Shown here one piece after another: positions 39,430 to 48,862 of a DNA stretch of 60,494 nucleotides. This DNA comes from Comamonadaceae bacterium (GTDB lineage: Bacteria; Pseudomonadota; Gammaproteobacteria; Burkholderiales; Burkholderiaceae_C): positions 1 to 60,494 of the forward strand of contig JBFYKC010000011.1 in NCBI GenBank assembly GCA_041311135.1, given 5' to 3'. A program made the translations under genes and the position numbers. How positions within the stretch are numbered: the stretch's first letter is position 1; every line of letters begins with the position of its first letter. The notes beneath the pieces were generated by a model. It saw only the letters and a program-made list of their open reading frames with translations. It searched no databases and was not told the origin of the DNA.

Positions 39430-40385
39430 CGCACCTTCATCGATGGGCTCTGGCGTGTGCCACCGCACTGCTAACCGCCACAGCCTTCGCACAATCTGCA
39501 GCGACCATCAAAATCATCGTGCCGTTCACACCAGGCACAGGCATGGACACCATTGCGCGCACGGTGCAAACCCAGCTCAGCGAAAAGATGGGGCAACCCG
39601 TGGTGGTGCAAAACATGCCTGGCGCCAGCGGCAACATTGGTGCGGACTTTGTAGCCAAGTCTGCCCCCGATGGCAACACCATTCTGATGGGCGCGAACAC
39701 CATGTTGATGGCCTCACAGCTCTACAAAAATGTGGCGTTCAACCCGGTCAAAGACTTTGCACCCGTGTCTATGTCGGCCTACGGCACGTTGATGATGGTG
39801 GCCAACCCGAAGACGGGCATCAAGTCGGTCAAAGACTTGGTGGCCTTGTCGCTGGCCAAGCCTGGCTTTGTGTCGTTCGGCTCTCCAGGCGTGGGCACAC
39901 CGCATCACATGGCGATGGAGTTGTTCAAGCTCGAAACCAAATCGTTCATGCTGCATGTGCCTTACCGTGGCTCAGCCGGCTACACACAAGACTTGCTGGC
40001 GGGTGAGTTGATGGTGGGCTTTTTGCCCGTGCATGTGGCGCAGGGCTTTGTAAAGTCAGGCAAGCTCAACGCGCTGGCAGTGGGCAGCCCCAAGCGTCAC
40101 CCCGTGGCGGCTGATGTGCCAACATTTCAAGAACTGGGCTACAAAGAAATTGATGTGGACCTTTGGTACGCCTTCTTCGTGCCCACCAAAACACCCACAG
40201 CCACCGTCAACAAACTCAACACCGAATTCACCAGCATCTTGCAACAAGCGCAGGTGAAAGACATCTTGGGTAAAGCGGGCCTCGATGCCAGCGCATCCAC
40301 ACCAGAAGAGCTGGGCGCGATTGTGGCCAAAGACTATCCGCGCTGGGGCCGTGTGATTCAACTCAAAGGCATCGTGGGGGAGTGA
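39426..40385 (+). CDS. Tripartite tricarboxylate transporter substrate-binding protein (Bug/TctC)
   Basis: Signal peptide, VPFTPG.G.D, N.PGASG.IG, HVPYRG. Confidence 0.93.
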   Translation: MTHLHRWALACATALLTATAFAQSAATIKIIVPFTPGTGMDTIARTVQTQLSEKMGQPVVVQNMPGASGNIGADFVAKSAPDGNTILMGANTMLMASQLYKNVAFNPVKDFAPVSMSAYGTLMMVANPKTGIKSVKDLVALSLAKPGFVSFGSPGVGTPHHMAMELFKLETKSFMLHVPYRGSAGYTQDLLAGELMVGFLPVHVAQGFVKSGKLNALAVGSPKRHPVAADVPTFQELGYKEIDVDLWYAFFVPTKTPTATVNKLNTEFTSILQQAQVKDILGKAGLDASASTPEELGAIVAKDYPRWGRVIQLKGIVGE

Positions 40386-40400
40386 CGATTCGGGCAGTGC

Positions 40401-41945
40401 TCAAGTCACCGGCGCAGGATTGAACAACACCAAGGCGTTGTGCAATTTCCATTGCTCTGCCCAGGTTTTTTTGCGCCCACTGGCCACGTCGAGCATCAGC
40501 TCAAACAGCGCCATGCCGACTTCTTCAATCGTCTGGGTGCCGTCGGCAATGGTGCCGGCGTTGACGTCCATCAGGTCGTGCCAACGACGTGCCAAGTCGG
40601 TGCGCGTCGCCACTTTGATGACGGGCACTTCCGCCAAACCATAAGGTGTGCCGCGCCCGGTGGTGAACACATGCAAGTTCATGCCCGCTGCCACCTGCAA
40701 GGTACCGCAAATGAAATCGCTGGCAGGGGTGGCTGCGTAGATCAAGCCTTTTTGATTGAGCTTTTCACCGGGGGACAACACACCCGAAATCGGGGCCGAG
40801 CCTGATTTGACAATCGAGCCCATGGCTTTTTCCACAATGTTGGACAAGCCCCCTTTTTTGTTGCCCGGTGTGGTGTTGGCACTGCGATCAGCACGACCAC
40901 GTGCCAAGTACGCGTCGTACCAAGCCATCTCGCGAATCATGGCCTCCGCCACTTCGGGCGTGGTGGCGCGTGACGTGAGTTGGTCAATGCCGTCGCGCAC
41001 CTCGGTCACTTCCGAGAACATCACACTCGCGCCAGCACGCACCAACAGGTCGGTGCAATAGCCCACCGCGGGGTTGGCGGTGACGCCTGAGAACGCATCG
41101 CTGCCCCCGCACTGCACGCCCACCACCAACTCACTGGCAGGCACGGTTTCGCGGCGCCGTTGGTTCAAGCGTTGCAAATGGTGTTCGGCGTTTGCCATGA
41201 TCGACGCCACCATCGACATGAAGCCCACATGCGCTTCGTCTTGCAAGCACACCACGTCCAGCGCTTCCCCGCGTTGGTCGTTGATGGGAATGGCACCCGG
41301 CGGCATCAAGCGTTCGGGTTGGAGCTTTTCGCAACCCAAACTCACCACCATCACCTCGCCACCAAAGTTGGGGTTGAGGCTGATGTTGCGCAGTGTGCGA
41401 ATAGGAATGTCGGCACCCTCGGCATCAATCGCCACGCCACAGCCGTAGGTGTGTTCCAAGCCCACCACGTCATCGACCTGCGGGTACTTGGGCAGCAACT
41501 CGGCTTTGATGCGAGACACCGCAAATGCCACCACGCCCGAGACACATTGCACGGTGGTGGTGATGGCCAAAATATTGCGCGTGCCCACTGACCCGTCGGC
41601 ATTGCGGTAGCCCTCGAAGGTGTAGCCCGTCAAAGGCGGCAGAGGTTCTGGCTTGACCGTGGCCATCGGCAAGTCATGCAACTCACGCGCCGAAGGCATT
41701 TGCAGCAAACGCTCGTGCACCCAGCTGCCTGCTGGAATGTCTTTCAAGGCATAACCAATCGGAATGCCATAACGCAGCACCGCGCTGTTGGCCGCCACAT
41801 CCACCAACGCCACTTTGTGGCCTTGCGGCACAGGGTCACGCAAGCTCAAGCCATTGGGCAACACCGTGCCTGCGGGCAAGCCACCGTGGTTCGCCACAAT
41901 GGCCACGTTGTCACGCGCATGCATGCGGATGGTGAGTGGGGTCAT
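40401..41945 (-). CDS. garD: Galactarate dehydratase
   Basis: [11 protein letters not shown] domain, [29 protein letters not shown] end. Confidence 0.95.
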   Translation of the reverse strand: MTPLTIRMHARDNVAIVANHGGLPAGTVLPNGLSLRDPVPQGHKVALVDVAANSAVLRYGIPIGYALKDIPAGSWVHERLLQMPSARELHDLPMATVKPEPLPPLTGYTFEGYRNADGSVGTRNILAITTTVQCVSGVVAFAVSRIKAELLPKYPQVDDVVGLEHTYGCGVAIDAEGADIPIRTLRNISLNPNFGGEVMVVSLGCEKLQPERLMPPGAIPINDQRGEALDVVCLQDEAHVGFMSMVASIMANAEHHLQRLNQRRRETVPASELVVGVQCGGSDAFSGVTANPAVGYCTDLLVRAGASVMFSEVTEVRDGIDQLTSRATTPEVAEAMIREMAWYDAYLARGRADRSANTTPGNKKGGLSNIVEKAMGSIVKSGSAPISGVLSPGEKLNQKGLIYAATPASDFICGTLQVAAGMNLHVFTTGRGTPYGLAEVPVIKVATRTDLARRWHDLMDVNAGTIADGTQTIEEVGMALFELMLDVASGRKKTWAEQWKLHNALVLFNPAPVT

Positions 41946-41992
41946 CAATGTCTCCTGTCATTTGGCTTCGCTTGAAAGCCTTTACAAACCCA

Positions 41993-42008
41993 ATGATAGC
42001 GGTACCAT
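41993..42008. promoter_or_regulatory. LacI-family operator between garD and its regulator
   Basis: ATGATAGCGGTACCAT; core is 12/14 identical to the palindrome at 43142. Confidence 0.7.
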
Positions 42009-42045
42009 ACAGAATCAAGCAAGAAAAAGCACGCAAGAAAATTTC

Positions 42046-43095
42046 ATGACCGACAAAGAAGCCCCCAAACGTTCACGCCGCAGCAGCGGCGCCATGACCC
42101 TGCGCGACGTGGCCATGTTGGCCGGAGTCGCTCCCATCACCGCATCTCGGGCCATCAACACACCCAACCAAGTCTCTCCCGAAGTGCTGCGTAAAGTGCA
42201 AGACGCCGTGCAACGCACCGGCTATGTGCCCAACCGCATGGCGGGTGGCTTGGCCTCCGCCCGTAGCCGCCTGATTGCCGCCGTGGTGCCGAGCACCGTG
42301 GTGTCGGTCTTCATGGAAACCATTGAATCGCTGAACGGCACTTTGTTTGACGCCGGCTACCAGCTGATGTTGGGGCAATCCGGCTATTCCGCCGAACGCG
42401 AAGAGGTGCTGCTCGAAGCCATCATCGGGCGTCGCCCCGATGGCATTTTTTTGACCGGTATCTTGCCCCCAGGCAAGGCGCGCACGCGCTTGCTGGCATC
42501 TGGAATTCCCGTCGTGGAAACCTGGGACTTGACCCCCACCCCCATCGACATGCTGATTGGCTTCTCCCACTCGGACATTGGCCGTTCAGTCGCCCAATTT
42601 TTAACTAGCAAGGGCTATCAAAAATTCGCCATTGTTCGCGCCGAAGACGAGCGCGCCGATCGTCGCACCTTGGCTTTTCAAGAGGCTTTGGCACAACAGG
42701 GTTTAGCGGCTGCCTTTGTCGCCAATGTGGGAGCCTCGCGTTCCCTCAAAAGCGGGCGCGAAGCGATGGCACGCATCTTGGCCGAAGCCCCTGACACAGA
42801 GGCCATTTTTTGCAGCTCTGACCTGCTCGCGCTGGGGGTCATGACCGAAGCCCGCGCCCGCGGATTGACCGTGCCCACCGACATCGCCGTGATGGGCTTT
42901 GGCGATGTGCCCTTTGTGGCCGACATGGTGCCTGCACTCACCACCGTGCGCATCAACGGCGGACAAATCGGCACCATGGCCGCTCAATTTTTAATGGCCC
43001 GCGCCGAAGGCCGCGCCGTCGACACCCACATCGTGGACGTGGGCTTTTCGATCATTGAGCGCGACAGCACCGGCCTAGTGAAAACCCCGAAGTAA
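42046..43095 (+). CDS. LacI family transcriptional regulator (gluconate repressor-like)
   Basis: TLRDVA.LAGVAPITASRA, GYVPN..A..L, PVVETWD; ATG at 42046. Confidence 0.93.
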   Translation: MTDKEAPKRSRRSSGAMTLRDVAMLAGVAPITASRAINTPNQVSPEVLRKVQDAVQRTGYVPNRMAGGLASARSRLIAAVVPSTVVSVFMETIESLNGTLFDAGYQLMLGQSGYSAEREEVLLEAIIGRRPDGIFLTGILPPGKARTRLLASGIPVVETWDLTPTPIDMLIGFSHSDIGRSVAQFLTSKGYQKFAIVRAEDERADRRTLAFQEALAQQGLAAAFVANVGASRSLKSGREAMARILAEAPDTEAIFCSSDLLALGVMTEARARGLTVPTDIAVMGFGDVPFVADMVPALTTVRINGGQIGTMAAQFLMARAEGRAVDTHIVDVGFSIIERDSTGLVKTPK

Positions 43096-43100
43096 AAGCA

Positions 43101-43130
43101 TTGACTCACCACCTGGGGCAAGACAATAAT
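43101..43130 (+). promoter_or_regulatory. Sigma70-type promoter of the bug-gudD-glxR operon
   Basis: TTGACT-N18-AATAAT directly upstream of the operator. Confidence 0.55.
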
Positions 43131-43141
43131 TCACCATCAAT

Positions 43142-43155
43142 TGGTAGCGCTACCA
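43142..43155. promoter_or_regulatory. LacI-family operator (perfect palindrome)
   Basis: TGGTAGCGCTACCA with central CG, between promoter and RBS (AGGAG). Confidence 0.8.
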
Positions 43156-43177
43156 TTCAACCAAGTAGGAGACACAC

Positions 43178-44143
43178 ATGACTTTACAAAGACGTTCACT
43201 TCTTGCCATCTCACTCGGCCTTGCAATGACCACCTCCGCATTTGCTTGGCCCGACAAACCGGTCACCCTGGTTGTGCCCTTCCCTCCCGGCGGCGCGACC
43301 GACTTGATCGCACGCACGTTGGCGCCCAAATTGCAAGAAAAACTGGGTGGCACTTTCATCACCGACAACAAGGCCGGGGCCACCGGCACGATTGGCGCTG
43401 GCACGGTGGCACGTGCGCCAGCGGATGGCCACACGCTGTTGGTGTCTTCGCTCGGGCCTTACGTCATCGCGCCGCACTTGTTGGCCAAAGTGCCCTACGA
43501 CGCGTTGAAAGACTTTGACTACATCAGCATCGCCGTGCAAGCCCCCAATGTGTTGGTGGTCCCCGCTAGCTCACCGCACAAGTCCATGGCTGAGGTGATT
43601 GCCTTCCAAAAAGCCAACCCCAACAAGATGACGTTTGCCTCCTCCGGCAACGGCAGCAGTGATCACCTGACCGCTGAACTATTCTGGCTGCAAACCGGCA
43701 CCACCGGCATCCACGTGCCTTACAAAGGCGGCGGCCCCGTGATGACCGACCTGTTAGGTGGGCAAGTAGATTCATCCTTCATGAACATCAACACCGCGAT
43801 GCCACAGATCTTGGCAGGCAAGTTGCGCCCCTTGTCCATCACCAGTGCGAAGCGATCGCCGCTGCTACCCAACGTGCCATCGCTGGAAGAGCTGGGCATC
43901 AAAGAAGCCAACGTGTATTCGTGGCAAGCCGTGGCAGCCCCCAAAGGTTTGCCTGCCGACATCAAAGCCAAGCTGCATGCCGCCATCGTGGCAGCTTTGA
44001 ATGATCCGCAAGTGAAACCCAAGTTGTTGGAATTGGGGTTTGAAATTGTGGCCAACACACCCGAGCAATTCACGGCTTACCAAGCTGCCGAATTTGCCCG
44101 TTGGAAAAAACTGATCGAAACCCGCAACATCAAAGCCGACTAA
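43178..44143 (+). CDS. Bug/TctC family substrate-binding protein
   Basis: [27 protein letters not shown]. Confidence 0.94.
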   Translation: MTLQRRSLLAISLGLAMTTSAFAWPDKPVTLVVPFPPGGATDLIARTLAPKLQEKLGGTFITDNKAGATGTIGAGTVARAPADGHTLLVSSLGPYVIAPHLLAKVPYDALKDFDYISIAVQAPNVLVVPASSPHKSMAEVIAFQKANPNKMTFASSGNGSSDHLTAELFWLQTGTTGIHVPYKGGGPVMTDLLGGQVDSSFMNINTAMPQILAGKLRPLSITSAKRSPLLPNVPSLEELGIKEANVYSWQAVAAPKGLPADIKAKLHAAIVAALNDPQVKPKLLELGFEIVANTPEQFTAYQAAEFARWKKLIETRNIKAD

Positions 44144-44156
44144 GTCGGCGCTCGCT

Positions 44157-45488
44157 ATGCCTCATTCCACCCCTGTCATCACACAGCTGCGCGTCATCCC
44201 CGTTGCGGGGCATGACAGCATGTTGATGAACCTCTCGGGCGCTCACGGTGCCTTCTTCACACGCAACCTGCTCATCCTCACCGACAGCGCTGGACACACC
44301 GGCATTGGCGAAGTTCCCGGCGGCGAAAAAATCAGAGCCACCCTGGAGGACGCCACTGAACTGGTCGTCGGCCAAAGCATTGGCCATGTGCAAGCGGTGA
44401 TGAACACCATGCAGAAGAAGTTTGCCGACCGTGATTCGGGCGGGCGTGGCTTGCAAACGTTTGACCTGCGCACCACCATCCACGCGGTCACGGCCGTTGA
44501 GTCTGCGTTGCTCGATTTGCTGGGCCAACATTTGAACTTGCCCGTGGCCGCCTTGCTCGGTGAAGGCCAGCAACGCAGCTCGGTCGAGATGCTGGGTTAC
44601 CTGTTCTTCATCGGCGACCGCACGCAAACCGACCTGCCCTACCGCACCGAACCCGATGCCGACAACGCCTGGTTCCGCTTGCGCAACGAAAAGGCCATGA
44701 CCCCCGAATCGGTGGTGCGCTTGGCCGAGGCTGCGCGCGAGAAATATGGCTTCAACGATTTCAAACTCAAAGGTGGCGTGTTGGCAGGCGAAGCCGAAAT
44801 CGAAGCCGTCACCGCCTTGCACCACCGCTTCCCCGAAGCTCGTGTCACCCTCGACCCCAACGGCGGTTGGTTGCTGAAAGATGCAGTGCGCTTGATGCGC
44901 GACATGCGTGGCGTGGTGGCTTATGCCGAAGACCCGTGCGGTGCTGAAGAAGGTTTCAGCGGCCGCGAGGTGATGGCTGAGTTCCGTCGGGCCACCGGCT
45001 TGCCCACCGCCACCAACATGGTGGCCACCGATTGGCGCCAAATGGTGCATTCGCTCTCGCTGCAGAGTGTGGACATTCCCTTGGCCGACCCTCATTTTTG
45101 GACCATGGCGGGCTCTGTCCGCGTGGCGCAAACCTGCCGCGATTGGGGGCTGACTTGGGGTTCGCACTCCAACAACCACTTCGATGTGTCTTTGGCCATG
45201 TTCACCCATGTGGCCGCGGCCGCGCCCGGCAAAGTCACCGCCATCGACACGCATTGGATTTGGCAAGATGGCCAAGGTTTGACCCAAGAGCCCCTGCAAA
45301 TCGTCAACGGTCATGTGCAAGTGCCTACCCGACCTGGCTTAGGCGTGACGCTGGACATGGCCGCGGTCGAAAAAGCACACCAGCTGTACTTGCAACACGG
45401 CTTGGGGGCTCGCGACGATGCGGTGGCCATGCAATACCTGATTCCTGGTTGGAAGTTCGACCACAAGCGCCCCTGCATGGTGCGCTGA
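44157..45488 (+). CDS. gudD: Glucarate dehydratase
   Basis: [50 protein letters not shown]. Confidence 0.95.
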   Translation: MPHSTPVITQLRVIPVAGHDSMLMNLSGAHGAFFTRNLLILTDSAGHTGIGEVPGGEKIRATLEDATELVVGQSIGHVQAVMNTMQKKFADRDSGGRGLQTFDLRTTIHAVTAVESALLDLLGQHLNLPVAALLGEGQQRSSVEMLGYLFFIGDRTQTDLPYRTEPDADNAWFRLRNEKAMTPESVVRLAEAAREKYGFNDFKLKGGVLAGEAEIEAVTALHHRFPEARVTLDPNGGWLLKDAVRLMRDMRGVVAYAEDPCGAEEGFSGREVMAEFRRATGLPTATNMVATDWRQMVHSLSLQSVDIPLADPHFWTMAGSVRVAQTCRDWGLTWGSHSNNHFDVSLAMFTHVAAAAPGKVTAIDTHWIWQDGQGLTQEPLQIVNGHVQVPTRPGLGVTLDMAAVEKAHQLYLQHGLGARDDAVAMQYLIPGWKFDHKRPCMVR

Positions 45489-45521
45489 TCCCCCCCCCAT
45501 TATTTAGACAAGGAAGTTTTT

Positions 45522-46400
45522 ATGAAGATCGGTTTCATTGGTTTAGGCATCATGGGCTCGCCCATGGCGCAACACCTGTTGGCAGCCCAACACGACCTGT
45601 TTGTTCGCACGCGCAGCAAAGTGCCCGCAGAACTGGGCGGTGCCACGGTGTGCGCCACCAATGCCGATGTGGCACGCGCAGCTGATGTGATTTTTTTGAT
45701 GCTGCCAGACACCCCCGATGTCGAGACCGTGTTGTTCGGCAAAGACGGCGTCGCTGAGGGCTTGAGCGCCGGCAAGATTGTGGTCGACATGAGCTCAATC
45801 TCGCCCATGGAAACCAAAACCTTTGCCGAAAAAATCAACGCCTTGGGCTGTGAATATTTGGATGCCCCCGTCTCAGGTGGCGAAGTGGGAGCCAAAGCGG
45901 CCAGCCTCACCATCATGGTGGGCGGTAGCGAAGCCACTTTCAACACCATCAAACCCTTGTTTGAGTTGATGGGCAAAAACATCACCTTGGTGGGCGGCAA
46001 TGGCGATGGTCAAACCACCAAAGTGGCGAACCAAATCATCGTGGCCTTGAACATCGCTGCGGTCGGCGAAGCCTTGTTGTTTGCCAGCAAAGCCGGTGCA
46101 GATCCAGCCAAAGTGCGCGCTGCCCTGATGGGCGGTTTTGCCTCTAGCCGCATTTTGGAAGTGCATGGCGAACGCATGATCAAGCGCACGTTTGACCCTG
46201 GGTTTCGCATTGCCTTGCATCAAAAAGATTTGGCCTTGGCGCTCACAGGTGCCAAAGTCATTGGCGTGTCGCTGCCGCAAACCGCGTCGGCCGCGCAGCT
46301 CATGCAAGCCTGCGCCTCCAACGGTTGGGGCCAGCTCGATCACTCGGCACTGGTGAAGTCGCTGGAACTGATGGCCGCCCACGAAGTGGCCAGCAAATAA
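45522..46400 (+). CDS. glxR: 2-hydroxy-3-oxopropionate (tartronate semialdehyde) reductase, GlxR/GarR
   Basis: GFIGLGIMG, DAPVSGG, KVANQIIVALN, GFRIALHQKDL. Confidence 0.92.
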   Translation: MKIGFIGLGIMGSPMAQHLLAAQHDLFVRTRSKVPAELGGATVCATNADVARAADVIFLMLPDTPDVETVLFGKDGVAEGLSAGKIVVDMSSISPMETKTFAEKINALGCEYLDAPVSGGEVGAKAASLTIMVGGSEATFNTIKPLFELMGKNITLVGGNGDGQTTKVANQIIVALNIAAVGEALLFASKAGADPAKVRAALMGGFASSRILEVHGERMIKRTFDPGFRIALHQKDLALALTGAKVIGVSLPQTASAAQLMQACASNGWGQLDHSALVKSLELMAAHEVASK

Positions 46401-46404
46401 GCCC

Positions 46405-47055
46405 TCAGTCTTCGATCTTCCACGTTGGCAAACGCCACTCGAACTGCAGCGCAGCCAAGCGCAGCAGCGTGACCGTGGCGGCACCGATGATGACCACCAC
46501 GTTCGGGTCGAAGCTCAGGTACTGCAACACCACCACCACCCAACCCCCTGCAAAAGCACACATGGCGTAGGGATGGTGGTCGTGAAACGCGGTGGGAATT
46601 TCGTTGCAGACGATGTCGCGCAACACACCTCCAAAGGTGGCCGTGATGACACCCATCAACACCGCAATCAGCACAGGCATCTGCATACCCAGGGCAATCT
46701 GAGTACCGCTGGCCGCAAACAAACCCAAGCCCAAGGCATCGGGCCATTGCATGGACTTTTCAGTGGGTTTGAAATGCCTGGCCCGCATCAGAAACATGGC
46801 CACCACACACAACACCAGCACTGCCCACAGATACCAAGACTGATCAATCCAAAACAGTGGGCGGCGGTCTAGCAACACATCACGCAAGGTGCCACCGCCG
46901 AACGCCGCCACGCTCGCCACGGCACACACACCCACGGCATCAAGTTTTTTACGCGCAGCCTCGATCACACCTGACAAGGCAAAGGCCACTGTGCCTGCAA
47001 TTTCAAGCCCAGTCTGGACGCCAGACAGGGTTTGCATCATCAGCACGTTTTCCAT
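46405..47055 (-). CDS. Trimeric intracellular cation channel family protein (YadS/UPF0126)
   Basis: AFALSG, FGGGTLRDVLL, DALGL, GGVLRDIVCNEIP. Confidence 0.9.
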   Translation of the reverse strand: MENVLMMQTLSGVQTGLEIAGTVAFALSGVIEAARKKLDAVGVCAVASVAAFGGGTLRDVLLDRRPLFWIDQSWYLWAVLVLCVVAMFLMRARHFKPTEKSMQWPDALGLGLFAASGTQIALGMQMPVLIAVLMGVITATFGGVLRDIVCNEIPTAFHDHHPYAMCAFAGGWVVVVLQYLSFDPNVVVIIGAATVTLLRLAALQFEWRLPTWKIED

Positions 47056-47801
47056 CAAATGGCCTTGGCTGCAGGCGCCAAGCTGGCGCCCTCGATGTGG
47101 TGGCGCTTCATGGCCTGTGCCACCACACCCGTGGCTTTCATGTCTTCCACAAACTGGTGCAAATAGGCAGCGGCTTGCGCCCCTCGATTCTTGGGCAAAC
47201 CCATGGCTTGGTTGATGACCATGAAGTGCCCGGGCAACATGCGCAACCCCGGATTGCTCGGCAACTCAGCTTCAAGTTGAGGCTTCACCCCCGCCGCCAC
47301 ATCGTGGCCGTGCGCCAAAAAGAAGCTCACCACCTCGGGCGAGGTGGGGCTGCGCACCAACGCTGCGTGCTTGATTTCACGGCTCAAATACAAATCGTAA
47401 GCACTGCCCTTGCCCACCACGATGGTGTGGGCCGCGCGGTCCACCTCGTCGTTGCTGTGCAACGGCGACGTTTGCTTAACCAAGTACGCGCCCTCAATCA
47501 ACACATACGGTGCAGTGAACGCGATGGCAGCTCCGCGCAACGGGTCGATGGCAAAAAATCCTACATCGGCTTCGTCGTTCGTGACGGCTTCGACCGATTG
47601 GCTGGCAGCCTCAAACACCACCAGCTTCAGGGGCACGCCCAAGCGTTGCGCCAGCTGGGTGGCTAGATCAATCGAGATGCCTTCAGGCGCGCCAGTATCT
47701 GGGTGGCGTCTGGCCAGAATGGGGTTGCCCACGTTGATGGCGACGCGCAGTTCACCTGTAGGTGCGAAGGTGTGTGAAAGGGGTGGTGCAGCGGTTGTCA
47801 T
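47055..47801 (-). CDS. Amino-acid ABC-type substrate-binding domain protein with no signal peptide
   Basis: APTGELRVAIN, DLA..LA.RLGV, FT.PYVLIEG, GSAYDLYL; ATG at 47801. Confidence 0.82.
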   Translation of the reverse strand: MTTAAPPLSHTFAPTGELRVAINVGNPILARRHPDTGAPEGISIDLATQLAQRLGVPLKLVVFEAASQSVEAVTNDEADVGFFAIDPLRGAAIAFTAPYVLIEGAYLVKQTSPLHSNDEVDRAAHTIVVGKGSAYDLYLSREIKHAALVRSPTSPEVVSFFLAHGHDVAAGVKPQLEAELPSNPGLRMLPGHFMVINQAMGLPKNRGAQAAAYLHQFVEDMKATGVVAQAMKRHHIEGASLAPAAKAI

Positions 47802-47854
47802 GCCCCTATTGGCCCACAAAAAGGTGACATGTAACTTGCTGCGAAAATAACGCC

Positions 47855-48490
47855 ATGACGTACAGCGTGAAAGAAATGTTCTACACCTTGCAGGGTGAAG
47901 GCGCCAATGCAGGGCATCCCGCCGTGTTTTGTCGCTTTGCCGGATGCAATTTGTGGAGCGGCCGCGAAGAAGACCGCAGCACGGCCATTTGCCAGTTCTG
48001 CGACACCGACTTTGTGGGCACCGATGGCACGCACGGTGGCAAGTTTGAAAGCGCCCACGCCTTGGCTGCTGCCATTGCAGGATTTTGGCCCTCCACCGAC
48101 AGCGCACACCGCTTGGTGGTGCTGACCGGTGGCGAGCCCCTGTTGCAAGTGGACGAAGCCTTGGTGCAAGCCTTGCACGCCTTGGACTTTCGCATTGCGG
48201 TGGAAACCAATGGCACAGTGCAACCGCCCCCCGGCATCGACTGGCTGTGCATGAGCCCCAAAGCTGGTAGCCAACGTGTGGTGAACGCAGGCCAAGAACT
48301 GAAACTGGTGTTTCCGCAAGTCGGCGCAGAGCCCGCACTGTATGAATCTTTGAACTTCGAAAACTTCTATTTGCAGCCCATGGACGGACCCGATGCAGCG
48401 GCCAACACCGCCGCTGCAGTGACCTACTGCCAAGCGCACCCGCGTTGGCGCCTGAGCTTGCAAACCCATAAGTTGATTGGCATCCGATGA
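47855..48490 (+). CDS. queE: 7-carboxy-7-deazaguanine synthase
   Basis: TLQGEG, RFAGCNLW...C.FCDT (Cx14CxxC variant), TGGEP, ETNGT, SLQTHK. Confidence 0.96.
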   Translation: MTYSVKEMFYTLQGEGANAGHPAVFCRFAGCNLWSGREEDRSTAICQFCDTDFVGTDGTHGGKFESAHALAAAIAGFWPSTDSAHRLVVLTGGEPLLQVDEALVQALHALDFRIAVETNGTVQPPPGIDWLCMSPKAGSQRVVNAGQELKLVFPQVGAEPALYESLNFENFYLQPMDGPDAAANTAAAVTYCQAHPRWRLSLQTHKLIGIR

Positions 48491-48858
48491 AATTTGAACT
48501 CAGCCAACGCTTCTACTTTGAAGCCGCCCACACCCTGCGCCGCAAGATTGATGCAGCCGGAAGCCTGCGCATTCATGGCCACACGTACCACGCTGAGGTG
48601 ACCCTGGCAGGCAAGCCCGACCCCGAATCCGGCATGATGATGGACTTGGCGTTTCTGCGCCAAGAAGTCGAAAAAGTGCGTGAGAAACTGGACCACCACT
48701 TTCTCGATGAGGTGCCCGGCATTGGCCCCGCCACACTCGAGAACCTGTGTGCCTTTATTTACAACGACCTCAAAGGCGCGTTGCCCAACATCCACCGCAT
48801 CACGATTGAACGCCCGGCCAGTGGCGACAAGTGCTGCCTGATGCCTCACGAAGGCTAA
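48487..48858 (+). CDS. queD: 6-carboxytetrahydropterin synthase
   Basis: FEAAHTL, HGHTY, LDHHFL, ATLENL; ATGA overlap with queE. Confidence 0.93.
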   Translation: MKFELSQRFYFEAAHTLRRKIDAAGSLRIHGHTYHAEVTLAGKPDPESGMMMDLAFLRQEVEKVREKLDHHFLDEVPGIGPATLENLCAFIYNDLKGALPNIHRITIERPASGDKCCLMPHEG

Positions 48859-48862
48859 ACCC

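Noticed and set aside
44130-45320. Long antisense ORFs (also 27162-28025, 32388-33308, 50048-51091, 57804-58787 and others)
   Set aside because: Shadow frames opposite well-supported genes, expected from GC-rich codon bias; no recognisable motifs
45490-45498. C9 homopolymer as a phase-variation tract (also C8 at 7544-7551)
   Set aside because: Short; one is intergenic within an operon and the other is in frame in a housekeeping gene; no evidence of length variation
47802-47854. preQ1 riboswitch upstream of queE
   Set aside because: No AGAGGTTCTAG-type stem-loop with A-rich tail; the spacer is short and looks like divergent promoters
47855-48858. queE-queD as part of a 7-deazaguanine DNA modification system, and the unusual Cx14CxxC motif
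   Set aside because: No dpdA/tgtA5 or phage genes nearby; the motif variant is the known Burkholderia-type QueE, so this is ordinary queuosine synthesis
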